Assembly: GCA_947626905.1 (NCBI GenBank)
Contig: CANQUE010000003.1
Span: 17,660-81,659, forward strand
Reading direction: 5' to 3'
From: an uncultured Oscillospiraceae bacterium
Lineage (GTDB): Bacteria; Bacillota; Clostridia; Oscillospirales; Oscillospiraceae
DNA: 64,000 nucleotides
The position numbers and the translations under genes are program-made. Shown piece after piece: positions 16,122 through 25,267 of this stretch; the stretch's first letter is position 1, and every line of letters starts with the position of its first letter. The notes under the pieces were generated by a model, which did no database searches, was not told the origin of the DNA, and saw only the letters and a list, made by a program, of their open reading frames with translations.

Positions 16122-17745
16122 CTATGACGACTATGACTATATCGACCGGATGCTTCGCCGTGCCTATAATGAGGATCATGTCCCTACAAGCGCATTTTTG
16201 GCACATGTGGAAGCGGTCATGAGGGAAGCGGACCGTCTGCCGAAAAACAGCTCTCCCCGCCCCGCAGGCGTCCACGCCGCTCCCCACCGGAAGCGCTATG
16301 CCCGCAGGGCTCTCGCTGCCACCATCATAGCGGCCACGAGCATACTGCTGGGCGTGACGGCCTATGCCGTATACCAGGCCCGGGTACAGGACTATCTGCT
16401 GCCGGAGAGCGCAGCGGCCGATGACGCCGGCGGCCAGGTGACCGCCGCTCCCCGGGCCAACCTGTCCATGGTGGGCTATCAGGGCACGCCGGAATATGAG
16501 GCCTATGTGGCGTGGGAAACCTATCTGGCGAACTGCGATCCGGTAGACTATACCGCCATGGGAGTGGACGATATCTGGCACGAAACGCCGGACAACTATG
16601 CGTTTATCTATGGCGCTGTCACAGCGGAGCAGGGGCAGAGGCTGGAGAAGATCATGACCCAATACGGTCTGAAGCCCCACACCGACATAGCCACCGTCTA
16701 TGACATACAAAAACTCTATGACGCCCTGGGGACGAAGGGCTTCTTCCTCCGACCCCTGTCCGACGACGGCAGCGGCTATGTCTATGACGACGGCACCTTC
16801 AAGCTGGAGAGCCTTACGATGGATATGGCCGATGGGACAGAATGGGGATTCGGCATATTCGTCAGCGCCAAGGGCTCCTTTTCCCGTATCCGCGCCTTTC
16901 AGGACGGGGACTATGAGGAGTGGAGCTATGCCGCCGCCGGAAACCAGGCCGTAGAGCTGGCCGCCAGCGGCGACAGGGCCCTCATCCTGGCGGAAACCGA
17001 GGGGGCTTACATCTATATCGACATGGAGAGCGGCCCCAACGCCGCCATTACCCGGGAGCAACTGGAAACCTTCGCCAACAACGTGGACTTCGCCGCTTTC
17101 GCCAAGGTCTATGGCAATGAAAAAGTCGATCTGACGGACAAGATAGAAACGCTGAAGGCGGCAGCCGAGGAATACGAAACCGTGACGGTGCCGGAGCAGA
17201 GCCGCCGGGAGCTGCGGGCATACTGGGACGATTTCACCGGCTATGTGGCGGATGAGCTAGGTGCCACGCTGACGATCACGCCCCCCGAGGGCTTCCTGCA
17301 GGTGTGGACTGACGCCGTTTACGTCAGCGGCGAGGCCATGCTCGCCCCCGGTTTCACCACGGAGGAAGATGTGTCCCTGCCTTATGCGCTTCTGGAGAAC
17401 ATCTATGTGCCCGACGATGTGGCCGGCAGCCTGATGGACGAGTATGGCATGTACGACCCGCCCGAAGATCCGGACTTCGACGCCTTGTATTTCAGCTACG
17501 AGCGGCTGGAGGACGCGGCGGGCCAGTTCGCCGTCGCCCTGGCCAAGGCGGAGCAAACCGTCGCCGTGGCCGGACAGAGGGGTATCATCACCACCGGCTC
17601 TGACTGGGGCGGCGGTGACAGGCCGGAGGGGCTCACCTCCCTCACCTGGTATGACCCGGCCCGGGATATGATTCTGGCGATACGCTCCAACTTCCTGACG
17701 GTGGATGACCTGGTCGCCCTGGCGGACACCGTCACAGCGGCGTGA
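16111..17745 (+). CDS. putative anti-sigma factor: single-pass membrane protein with a large extracytoplasmic domain
   Basis: The start overlaps the sigma gene stop by 11 nt. One TM segment (LAATIIAATSILLGVTAYAVY) after a short cytoplasmic N-terminus. GAAGGAGG RBS. Confidence 0.7.
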   Translation: MKHNYDDYDYIDRMLRRAYNEDHVPTSAFLAHVEAVMREADRLPKNSSPRPAGVHAAPHRKRYARRALAATIIAATSILLGVTAYAVYQARVQDYLLPESAAADDAGGQVTAAPRANLSMVGYQGTPEYEAYVAWETYLANCDPVDYTAMGVDDIWHETPDNYAFIYGAVTAEQGQRLEKIMTQYGLKPHTDIATVYDIQKLYDALGTKGFFLRPLSDDGSGYVYDDGTFKLESLTMDMADGTEWGFGIFVSAKGSFSRIRAFQDGDYEEWSYAAAGNQAVELAASGDRALILAETEGAYIYIDMESGPNAAITREQLETFANNVDFAAFAKVYGNEKVDLTDKIETLKAAAEEYETVTVPEQSRRELRAYWDDFTGYVADELGATLTITPPEGFLQVWTDAVYVSGEAMLAPGFTTEEDVSLPYALLENIYVPDDVAGSLMDEYGMYDPPEDPDFDALYFSYERLEDAAGQFAVALAKAEQTVAVAGQRGIITTGSDWGGGDRPEGLTSLTWYDPARDMILAIRSNFLTVDDLVALADTVTAA

Positions 17746-17773
17746 GCATATTGAAAACAAGAGATACTAGCAG

Positions 17774-17806
17774 AAAGGAACGACGGCATTTTGCCGTCGT
17801 TCCTTT
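17774..17806. terminator. strong hairpin terminator
   Basis: AAAGGAACGACGGCA-TT-TGCCGTCGTTCCTTT, a perfect 15-bp stem. Confidence 0.75.
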
Positions 17807-17811
17807 CATTG

Positions 17812-17918
17812 ATGTACACTTTTAAACTATGGCCGAAGCGTTCCACCGCCATATCGATTTGACCGCAGTAGGCCAGAATATGCTCCAAAATACGCAGATC
17901 ACGCTCTGGTACGTTCAT
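17812..17918 (-). pseudogene. truncated HepT (DUF86)-like toxin remnant, first ~35 codons only
   Basis: MNVPERDLRILEHILAYCGQIDMAVERFGHSLKVY starts 20 nt before the MntA stop, the typical overlap. The HepT-like sequence then stops at the terminator hairpin. The open frame beyond (track ORF 17496-18143) is antisense of the anti-sigma gene. Confidence 0.55.
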
Positions 17919-18198
17919 AAAGCAATACCTCATCCGGGCGGATCGTTTCAAGGAATCTCTGATCCATGCCTGCCGTGGAAACAAGATCGACCGGCATTTT
18001 GAGCGCGTCCTCCAAATCACCAAGCAGATACGCAAATTGCAGGCCGTGAATAGCGCCCTTGTCAATACGCAGATCAATATCGCTGCCGCTGTGCATATCA
18101 CCCCGCGCGTAGGAACCAAAGAGATACACACGATCTGCTCCATAACGCTGCGCCAGAGGACTGACTATGGCTCGCAATTCTGAAATCGTATATGGCAT
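17899..18198 (-). CDS. minimal nucleotidyltransferase, MntA-type antitoxin
   Basis: 99 aa. RVYLFGSYARGDMHSGSDIDLRID is the GS-x9-DxD pol-beta NTase signature. GGAGG RBS. Confidence 0.85.
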   Translation of the reverse strand: MPYTISELRAIVSPLAQRYGADRVYLFGSYARGDMHSGSDIDLRIDKGAIHGLQFAYLLGDLEDALKMPVDLVSTAGMDQRFLETIRPDEVLLYERTRA

Positions 18199-18549
18199 AG
18201 CAGCACCTCCTTCGAATTTCTACGGATAGTATAACATATCCTCGCCAGAAGTAAAAGGGCGTTTTATCGCCATACCACCTGGATTTCCATTATATATGAA
18301 CAAAGGCTATTATGATCATCATATTTCGCGCCCTTGTTGAAATTCCGCAACTATTTGTAACCTCCATAATGGTTTGAATTACCCTGTGCTCCAACCATTC
18401 TGGCTGATTACAAACGCCGAGGGAAACAGCTTCTTTGCGAAGTGTTTCCCTTGCGGGATGGACTTGTTTTATGGATCTTGGAGTGAGATCCGTCCCCACG
18501 GCGGGCCGCGCCAAAAAAGCCCTCCTGACGCCGGAGAGCATCCCGGCGC

Positions 18550-19428
18550 TCACCGGATCTGGCGCTCCTTCCAGCGCTGTGCGTATTCCTTGGGGGACAT
18601 ATCGTATTCCGTGCGAAAGGCCCGGTAGAAGCTGGTATAGTCGTTGAAGCCGCAGGCGGCCGCCGCCTTTTGGGGCGTGATCCCCTCCATCAGCATCTGG
18701 CAGGCGACAGAGAGCCGCTTTTTCCGCACGTACCTGCACAGGCTTATGCCCGTTTCCCGGCTGAACACCCGGCTGAGGTGATATTTGCTAACGTAAAATT
18801 GCTCTGACAACCGGCTCAGGGAAAGTACTTCGTCGTAATGTTGGGCAATATAAGAGATGACCTGGGAGACCAGCTCGTTGTTGTAGGCCGTTTCTTCCTG
18901 GGTGTTGTTCTCGGAAAGCGACATGTTGAGCAGGACCAGGATGCAGCATATGACGGAGGCGGGAAAGATGTCCGCGCCGTACGCGGATTCGGTGCAGTTG
19001 TTATAGAGCATCTCCATCAGGTCGGTGACGTAGTTTTTGTATACGTCCTGCAGCCGGACCAGGTTCCTGGTCTTTCGGCCCCGGATGTCCACAAAGCACC
19101 GGGTCAGATCGGTCCTCTGGGAGGAGAGCCTGCAGACCAGCTCCTCGGACACCCACAGCATATACCGCTCATAGGAAACTGTGCCGGTCTGGATGAACAC
19201 CTGATGGGATTCATAGGGGTTGATGATGAGCACGTCGCCGGTGCGGAGCTTGTAGATCTTATCTTCGATCACATAGGTAACGTCGCCGGACAGCAACAGA
19301 TCGATTTCATAAAAAGCATGGTGATGCAGACCGACATTTGTCAGGTTCGTGTCGATTTTGTGGGCAATCTCAAAATCAGGATGGAGCATCTCCTGTCTCG
19401 GATCAAAAGATTGCAGCTTTCTGCGCAT
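18550..19428 (-). CDS. AraC-family transcriptional regulator (cupin sensor plus HTH)
   Basis: 292 aa. N-terminal cupin-like HHHAFYEIDLLLSGDV. C-terminal dual HTH LSRLSEQFYVSKYHLSRVFSRETGISLCRYVRKKRL...GFNDYTSFYRAFRTEYDMSPKEY. Confidence 0.9.
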   Translation of the reverse strand: MRRKLQSFDPRQEMLHPDFEIAHKIDTNLTNVGLHHHAFYEIDLLLSGDVTYVIEDKIYKLRTGDVLIINPYESHQVFIQTGTVSYERYMLWVSEELVCRLSSQRTDLTRCFVDIRGRKTRNLVRLQDVYKNYVTDLMEMLYNNCTESAYGADIFPASVICCILVLLNMSLSENNTQEETAYNNELVSQVISYIAQHYDEVLSLSRLSEQFYVSKYHLSRVFSRETGISLCRYVRKKRLSVACQMLMEGITPQKAAAACGFNDYTSFYRAFRTEYDMSPKEYAQRWKERQIR

Positions 19429-19775
19429 GCCGTGTTCTCCGTTCCCCGCAAAAATGCAGCTCGTCCGTGACCTAAAACCCTATAGTACTCTTATATTTTA
19501 CCAAATTTCCGGTTCTGATAATATGATTTTATTGCTGGAATGCACAGATATTAGAGCAAGGATTGCAATGTTCTACAGCAACCAGCACCATGTTCATGTT
19601 TGTGCATATCCGATATAATTATGCCATCGTTACCATTTTGAAGTGTAGCTTATCACTAACGCGACACACTGCCGGGGGAAATGCACGTATTTGACCGCAG
19701 CGCGGTCAACCATGGGCGCGCCGGAGGCGTCCGGCCCGGGATGGGACAAGCACGGCGGGAGAGGAGGAGCCACGG

Positions 19776-20324
19776 ATGAAGGCGGACCGGTTGGAATTTG
19801 AGCTATGCAAGGGGCGGAGCGCTTTTTTGCTGTCGCTGACGGACCGGGTGCTGAACACCAAGCGGATATCGCTCACCGCCCTCGCCTCCGCCGCCATGAC
19901 CGCCGCGCTGGCCCTGAACTGGGGCAGCAGCGACGCCACGGCGCCGCTGGTCATCTTCAGCGGGTTGATCACGCTCCTGTTCCTGGCGCTGCTCTTGTAC
20001 GTATGCCGGACCAAGCCGAAGATCCGGCGCCAGATCCATCTGGACGAGGAGCAGGGCGGCGCCATTTCCTTCGGCGACGAGAGTTTCACCCTGACTCTGG
20101 GCGGCAAGACCTATCCGGACATATCCCTCCGGGATATCCGCGGGCAGTATTGGTCGGGAGAGAACTACGCGCTGTATGTGGACCATGACGATCTGAAGTC
20201 CATGATCTGCATCGCCGTCGACGCCGGGAGTTTTGACGACCTCTATGCGCTGGCCCAGCGGCTGGTGCGCCGCAAGATCAAATTCGTACAGGTAAAACAA
20301 AAAAGCAACGGACAAGGAGGGTAG
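19776..20324 (+). CDS. small membrane protein (two TM segments plus a soluble tail; YcxB-like?)
   Basis: 182-aa ORF with GAGGAGGAG RBS. Hydrophobic pair LTALASAAMTAALAL / LVIFSGLITLLFLALLLYV. Confidence 0.6.
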   Translation: MKADRLEFELCKGRSAFLLSLTDRVLNTKRISLTALASAAMTAALALNWGSSDATAPLVIFSGLITLLFLALLLYVCRTKPKIRRQIHLDEEQGGAISFGDESFTLTLGGKTYPDISLRDIRGQYWSGENYALYVDHDDLKSMICIAVDAGSFDDLYALAQRLVRRKIKFVQVKQKSNGQGG

Positions 20325-20326
20325 CT

Positions 20327-20797
20327 ATGAAAGAAAAAATACTGTCCAGGATGCACAAGATCGTGGCGGTCCTGCTGTTGCTCGTGGGCGTCTTCGCGCT
20401 GGTCGTGGCGCTGAAGGATCTTCGCATCGGCACCTTTGCCAAGCCCCAGGGCGGGCTGGCCCCCATGGTGTTCTCCATCGGGCTGATCTTTTTCTCGGTG
20501 ATCAACCTCTTCATCGAGCTGAGGAAGGAAAACAGCATCCCCGACGGGCTGAAGGACATCAACTGGAAAAAATTCGCGCTGTATGTGGTGATCTGCTGCG
20601 CGTATGTGTTCCTCATCAGCAAGATCGGATTCATTTTCGACACCTTCGTGTGTCTGTTCGCGATGATCAAGATCACGGGAGAAAAAAAGTGGCTGCGGCC
20701 GCTTCTCATTTCGGTGGTCTTCAGCGTCGTGCTGTGGGCCCTGTTCAAATACGCGATGAACGTCCCGCTGCCCAAGGCGGGCTGGCTTAGGAGGTGA
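20327..20797 (+). CDS. tctB: tripartite tricarboxylate transporter, small membrane subunit TctB-like
   Basis: 156 aa with 4 hydrophobic helices, immediately upstream of the TctA-like gene. Confidence 0.7.
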   Translation: MKEKILSRMHKIVAVLLLLVGVFALVVALKDLRIGTFAKPQGGLAPMVFSIGLIFFSVINLFIELRKENSIPDGLKDINWKKFALYVVICCAYVFLISKIGFIFDTFVCLFAMIKITGEKKWLRPLLISVVFSVVLWALFKYAMNVPLPKAGWLRR

Positions 20798-20801
20798 GCA
20801 A

Positions 20802-22316
20802 ATGCTGCAAACATTGACTCTGCTGGGCCAGGGCTTTCTTGAGTGCCTGACGGTGGGCAACATCTTCTGCGCCATCATCGGCTGCCTGTTGGGCTCGCTG
20901 ATCGGCGTCCTCCCCGGCCTGGGCATATCCGGGACGGTGGCGATCCTGCTGCCCATCACCTACGGCATGTCGCCCCTGAGCGCCCTCATCATGATCTCTG
21001 GCATTTATTTCGGCTCCCAATACGGCGGCGCCATCACCTCCATCCTGGTGAACATCCCCGGCGAGGCGACCAGCATCGTCACCTGCTTCGACGGCCACCC
21101 CCTGGCCAAGAAGGGACAAGCCGGCAAGGCATTGAGCATAGCGGCGATCTCCTCCTTCTGCGGCGGCTTCATCGGGATGCTGGGCCTCACCTTCGCGGCC
21201 TCCGCTCTGGCAAAGGTGGCTCTGGGATTCGGAAAAGTAGAGTTTCTGGCCATCGTCCTGTTCGGCCTCATCCTGCTCACCACCCTCTCCAAGAAGAGCC
21301 AGCTGAAGGGTCTGATCGTGGTGTGCCTGGGCGTGCTGCTGGGCTGTGTAGGACTGGACGGGCTTTATGGCACCCTCCGCTATACCTTCGGCGTCGTGAA
21401 GCTGTACAGCGGCATCAACTTTGTCATCTTCATCATGGGCGTTTACGGCATCACCGAGCTGCTGGGCGCCATATGCGGCCCCGAGGAAAAGGGCGAGGTG
21501 ACAGCGTTCAGCCTCAAGGAGCAGATCGTCACCGGCAAGGAGCTGAAAAAGCTGAGCAAGACCATCGCCCGCTGCGGCCTGCTGGGCTTTGGCGTCGGTC
21601 TGGTGCCCGGAGCCGGCTCCACCCTGGCCACCTTCTTCGCCTATGGCATGGAGCGCTCCCTGAGCAAGCACCCGGAAGACTTTGGCACCGGCCTGCTGGA
21701 GGGCGTGGCCGCGCCGGAAGCGGCCAACAACGCCGCCATGTACGCCAGCATGGTCCCGCTGCTGAGTTTAGGCATCCCCTTCACCAGCTCCATGGCCCTG
21801 CTGATGAGCGCCTTCATCGTCCACGGCGTCACGCCCGGTCCTCTGTTCATCTATGAGCATGCGGATCTGTTCTGGGGCCTGATCGCCAGCCTCTTCATCG
21901 GGAACATCATCCTGCTCATCATCAACCTCCCCCTGGTGGGGATCTGGGCCAGTCTGCTGCGGGTCGATTTCAACATCCTGATGCCCCTGATCACGTTCAT
22001 CACCTTTGCCGGCGGTTACGCCATCAACTACAGCGTGTTCGAGATGGGGATCATGGTGGTCTGCGGCGTGTGCGGATTCTTTATGAGCGCCTGCGGCTAC
22101 AACATGGCCGCGCTGGCCATAGGACTATTCCTAAGTTCCACATTGGAGGACGCGTTCCTCGGGACGATGACCCTATACAAGGGGAATCTTTTGGCGGCCC
22201 TGATAGACCGCCCGGTCGCGGCAGTGATTTTTGGAGCGGCGATCTTGGTACTGGTCGTATCCGTGTCCAAAAATATATTGCAATATATCAAATCTAAAGG
22301 AAGGGAAAAAGAATGA
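20802..22316 (+). CDS. tctA: tripartite tricarboxylate transporter, large permease TctA-like
   Basis: 504-aa polytopic protein. The N-terminal GCLLGSLIGVLPGLG... and GAAPEAANNAA motifs are typical of TctA. Confidence 0.8.
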   Translation: MLQTLTLLGQGFLECLTVGNIFCAIIGCLLGSLIGVLPGLGISGTVAILLPITYGMSPLSALIMISGIYFGSQYGGAITSILVNIPGEATSIVTCFDGHPLAKKGQAGKALSIAAISSFCGGFIGMLGLTFAASALAKVALGFGKVEFLAIVLFGLILLTTLSKKSQLKGLIVVCLGVLLGCVGLDGLYGTLRYTFGVVKLYSGINFVIFIMGVYGITELLGAICGPEEKGEVTAFSLKEQIVTGKELKKLSKTIARCGLLGFGVGLVPGAGSTLATFFAYGMERSLSKHPEDFGTGLLEGVAAPEAANNAAMYASMVPLLSLGIPFTSSMALLMSAFIVHGVTPGPLFIYEHADLFWGLIASLFIGNIILLIINLPLVGIWASLLRVDFNILMPLITFITFAGGYAINYSVFEMGIMVVCGVCGFFMSACGYNMAALAIGLFLSSTLEDAFLGTMTLYKGNLLAALIDRPVAAVIFGAAILVLVVSVSKNILQYIKSKGREKE

Positions 22317-23404
22317 AGAAGATCTTAGCGTTTATGCTGGCTGTCGTCATGGTGCTGTCCCTGGCCGCCTGTGGCGGCGGCAGCAGCCAGGCCACAGCGC
22401 CTACGGAAAAGCCCACAGAGGCACCCAAGGCGGAAGAACCCGCCGCGCCGGAGGAGCCCGGGACGGAGGGCTCTGCGGAAGAGGCTCCCCCTGAGGAAGA
22501 GCCCGCCTGGGAGCCCACCGAGGACGTGACCCTCATCATCGCCTACAGCCCCGGCGGCGGCTCCGACCTGCTGGCCCGTACCTTCGTCAATGAGGGCGCG
22601 GACAACTTCGCCACCACGCTGATCCCCACCAACATCCCCGGCGGCAGCTGCGCTCTGGGCTACACCGAGCTGATCAACGCAGAGCCGGACGGGCTGACCA
22701 TCGGCAACACCAACACCTCCGCGGTGGTCAACGGCCTGAGCGAGGGCGCCCCCTATGTGTATTACAAGGAGCTGCAGCCCCTCTGCCAGATCGGCAGCGC
22801 CCCCTACGTGGTCTATGTTCCCAGCAGCAGCGACATCATGGATCTGGACGATCTGAAGGAAGCCATCCTGTCCCGGGACGTGATCTCCGCCGCGGCCGGA
22901 CGTGGCAGCAACACCCACTGGGAGATGGAATACTTCGCCCTGAAGGCCGGCGGCGACGTCACCTCCGTGATCTATGACGGCGGCGCTCCCTGCGTGGCCG
23001 CGCTGCTGGGCGGACACGCCGATGTGACCGTTCAGACGCCTGCCGACGGCGCGGAATATGTCCGCTCCGGCGACCTGCGCGCCATCGCGGTGCTGTACGA
23101 CGAGCGGCTCCAGACCGAGGAGTTCAAGGACGTGCCCACCTCCGTGGAGCAGGGCTATGACTGGCTGGTGAACTACACCTTCCACGGCTATGCCGCTCCC
23201 AAGGGCGTGAGCGAAGACGTGATCACCTATTACGAGAACGCCTTCAAGGCCTGCCTGGACACGGACGTGGTGCGGGAGGCCATCGAGAACTACGGCTTCA
23301 CCGTCGCTTTCGAGGACAGCGAGGGCTTTGGCGAGATCTGGAACAACTATGCCGACTATATCACCGATGTGAAGACGCAGCTCGGCGACCGGCTGGATGA
23401 GTGA
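22313..23404 (+). CDS. tctC: TctC/Bug-family substrate-binding lipoprotein
   Basis: Lipobox LSLAAC, a Pro/Glu/Ala-rich linker, then IIAYSPGGGSDLLAR..., typical of TctC. The start overlaps the tctA stop by 4 nt. Confidence 0.8.
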   Translation: MKKILAFMLAVVMVLSLAACGGGSSQATAPTEKPTEAPKAEEPAAPEEPGTEGSAEEAPPEEEPAWEPTEDVTLIIAYSPGGGSDLLARTFVNEGADNFATTLIPTNIPGGSCALGYTELINAEPDGLTIGNTNTSAVVNGLSEGAPYVYYKELQPLCQIGSAPYVVYVPSSSDIMDLDDLKEAILSRDVISAAAGRGSNTHWEMEYFALKAGGDVTSVIYDGGAPCVAALLGGHADVTVQTPADGAEYVRSGDLRAIAVLYDERLQTEEFKDVPTSVEQGYDWLVNYTFHGYAAPKGVSEDVITYYENAFKACLDTDVVREAIENYGFTVAFEDSEGFGEIWNNYADYITDVKTQLGDRLDE

Positions 23405-23438
23405 CAGATCACCCCGGCCTGCGAAAGGGAGAACTTTT

Positions 23439-25148
23439 ATGAGAAACGATCATGGAGCCGATTTTGCCATCCGGGGCCTGGAGACCCACAGCACCGCTGT
23501 GTGGGACTATGACTGGATCATGGAGCTGATGGACACCATCACGACGCTGGACATGAACACCCTTGTCCTGCACCGCAACGATTTCATCGATGAGCTCACC
23601 TGGCCCGGCAAGTATTTCGGGTATCAGAAAAAGCCCGGCGACCGCTCCTATTTCGACATCTACAACCAGACCTATCTCACCCTCTATAAGTACACGCCCG
23701 TTCGCAGGCCCATCCCCTTCCAGAAAGGCGGATATCTCAAGCGCATCCTTGAGCAGGCGCGGCGGCGGAACATCCAGGTCTATATCGAGAACAAAGAGCT
23801 GTATTTCCCGGACATCATCCTGGAGCTCCACCCGGAGCTGGTCCACGACGGCCACATCTGCGCCAACGACCCGTTCTGGCCGGAATTCTTGAAGGAAAAA
23901 TACCGGGAGTTCTTCTCCGAGTATCCCCAGGTGGCGGGGATCATCACATCCCCCGCCACCGGCGAGAGCAAGGTCTCCATCATGTCGAACCGCTGCCAGT
24001 GCCCCCGGTGCCAGCGCACGACCAAGGGCGAATGGTTCCGGAGCATCCTCACGGCCATGTACGAGGTGACCCATGAGATGGGAAAGAAGCTGGTCGTGCG
24101 GGACTTCGTGTTCGACCCCGCCGCCCAGCAGCAGATCGCCTCCGTGATGGAGAGCCTGCCGGAGGACGTGGTCATCTCCCTGAAAAACACCCCTCATGAC
24201 TACTATCCCACATTCCCGGAAAACCCCCGTATCGGGAACGTGGGGGACCATGAGCAGTGGCTCGAGTTCGACACCATGGGCCAGTATTTCGGGTGGGGGC
24301 TCGGCGTCAGCGACATGATGGAGGATTACCGGGCCCGCCTGCGCTCGGCCAAGCAGAAGGGCGCCAGCGGCGCCATATTCCGCCTGGACTGGGAGGGGCT
24401 GGACAGCCACTCCTCCTTCCAAACACCCAACAAAATCAACGTCTATTCCGGCGCGATGCTCTCAAAAGATACCCAGACCCCGCCGGAGGACATCTATTCC
24501 ACCTTCCTCCGCCGGGAGGGCTGGCTCAGCGGAAAGGGGGACGAAGCGGAGGCGGCGGCCTGGATACGCTCCATCCTGGGGCGCACATGGCCCATCACCG
24601 CCAAGACCGTCTTCATCAACGGCTGTGTCTTTTCCGACTCCAGCTTGATCCCCGTGTCCATGGAGCACGCCCTCTGGCTGTCGGAGGAGAAGAACTCCCT
24701 GAAGGATTGGGACAGCTCCAAAGCGGATTCCCTTCTGCCCAAGCGGCAGAGCGTGGAAGCCTGCATCCAGGAAAAGCAGTGGGCCCTCGCCCAGCTCGAC
24801 CAGCTGTGCCAGGACAGCCGGGAATGGCCGGACAGCATCTCCGACGACAAAGCGGACCACCTCAGTCAGTGGTTCGGTCTGGACCGGGAATATCTGCTGA
24901 TGTTCCGCGACGTGGCGGAGGCCACCATGATCGCCCGATACCTGCTGTACACCGAGGAGCAGGACGAGAGCTATCGCCAGGAAAAGAAGGCGCAGCTGCA
25001 AACCGTGCTGGAGGACCTCCGGCAAATGGAGGAGCGCTTCCGCCAGCTTTTCCGCCAGACCGATCACACGCCTTGGACGGTCTACACCCTGCTGGACCCG
25101 GAGCATGTGAACTGCTTCCGCCGGAACATCCAGCAGCTTCCCCTGTAA
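23439..25148 (+). CDS. 569-aa conserved hypothetical enzyme (TIM-barrel glycoside-hydrolase-like?)
   Basis: ATG 23439 with GGGAGA RBS. Cytoplasmic (no signal peptide). Contains a CQCPRC motif. Family not recognised. Confidence 0.6.
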   Translation: MRNDHGADFAIRGLETHSTAVWDYDWIMELMDTITTLDMNTLVLHRNDFIDELTWPGKYFGYQKKPGDRSYFDIYNQTYLTLYKYTPVRRPIPFQKGGYLKRILEQARRRNIQVYIENKELYFPDIILELHPELVHDGHICANDPFWPEFLKEKYREFFSEYPQVAGIITSPATGESKVSIMSNRCQCPRCQRTTKGEWFRSILTAMYEVTHEMGKKLVVRDFVFDPAAQQQIASVMESLPEDVVISLKNTPHDYYPTFPENPRIGNVGDHEQWLEFDTMGQYFGWGLGVSDMMEDYRARLRSAKQKGASGAIFRLDWEGLDSHSSFQTPNKINVYSGAMLSKDTQTPPEDIYSTFLRREGWLSGKGDEAEAAAWIRSILGRTWPITAKTVFINGCVFSDSSLIPVSMEHALWLSEEKNSLKDWDSSKADSLLPKRQSVEACIQEKQWALAQLDQLCQDSREWPDSISDDKADHLSQWFGLDREYLLMFRDVAEATMIARYLLYTEEQDESYRQEKKAQLQTVLEDLRQMEERFRQLFRQTDHTPWTVYTLLDPEHVNCFRRNIQQLPL

Positions 25149-25193
25149 AAAACAGCCGGCCCCATATCCTGCGCCGGGGCGCAAACAGAAAAA

Positions 25194-25242
25194 CCGCAGT
25201 GACGATGGCATGGCCTTGAAGGCCATGCCATTGTTACTGCGG
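25194..25242. terminator. long imperfect palindrome between convergent genes
   Basis: CCGCAGTGACGATGGCATGGCC-TTGA-AGGCCATGCCATTGTTACTGCGG. Confidence 0.6.
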
Positions 25243-25267
25243 TCGATATGATGCTGTTTGAAAAGCG

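Noticed and set aside
17496-18143. 215-aa minus-strand ORF
   Set aside because: It is a chimera. Its upstream part overlaps mntA in another frame, the middle holds the ~35-codon HepT-like remnant, and the rest is antisense to the anti-sigma gene. It was annotated only as a truncated hepT pseudogene.
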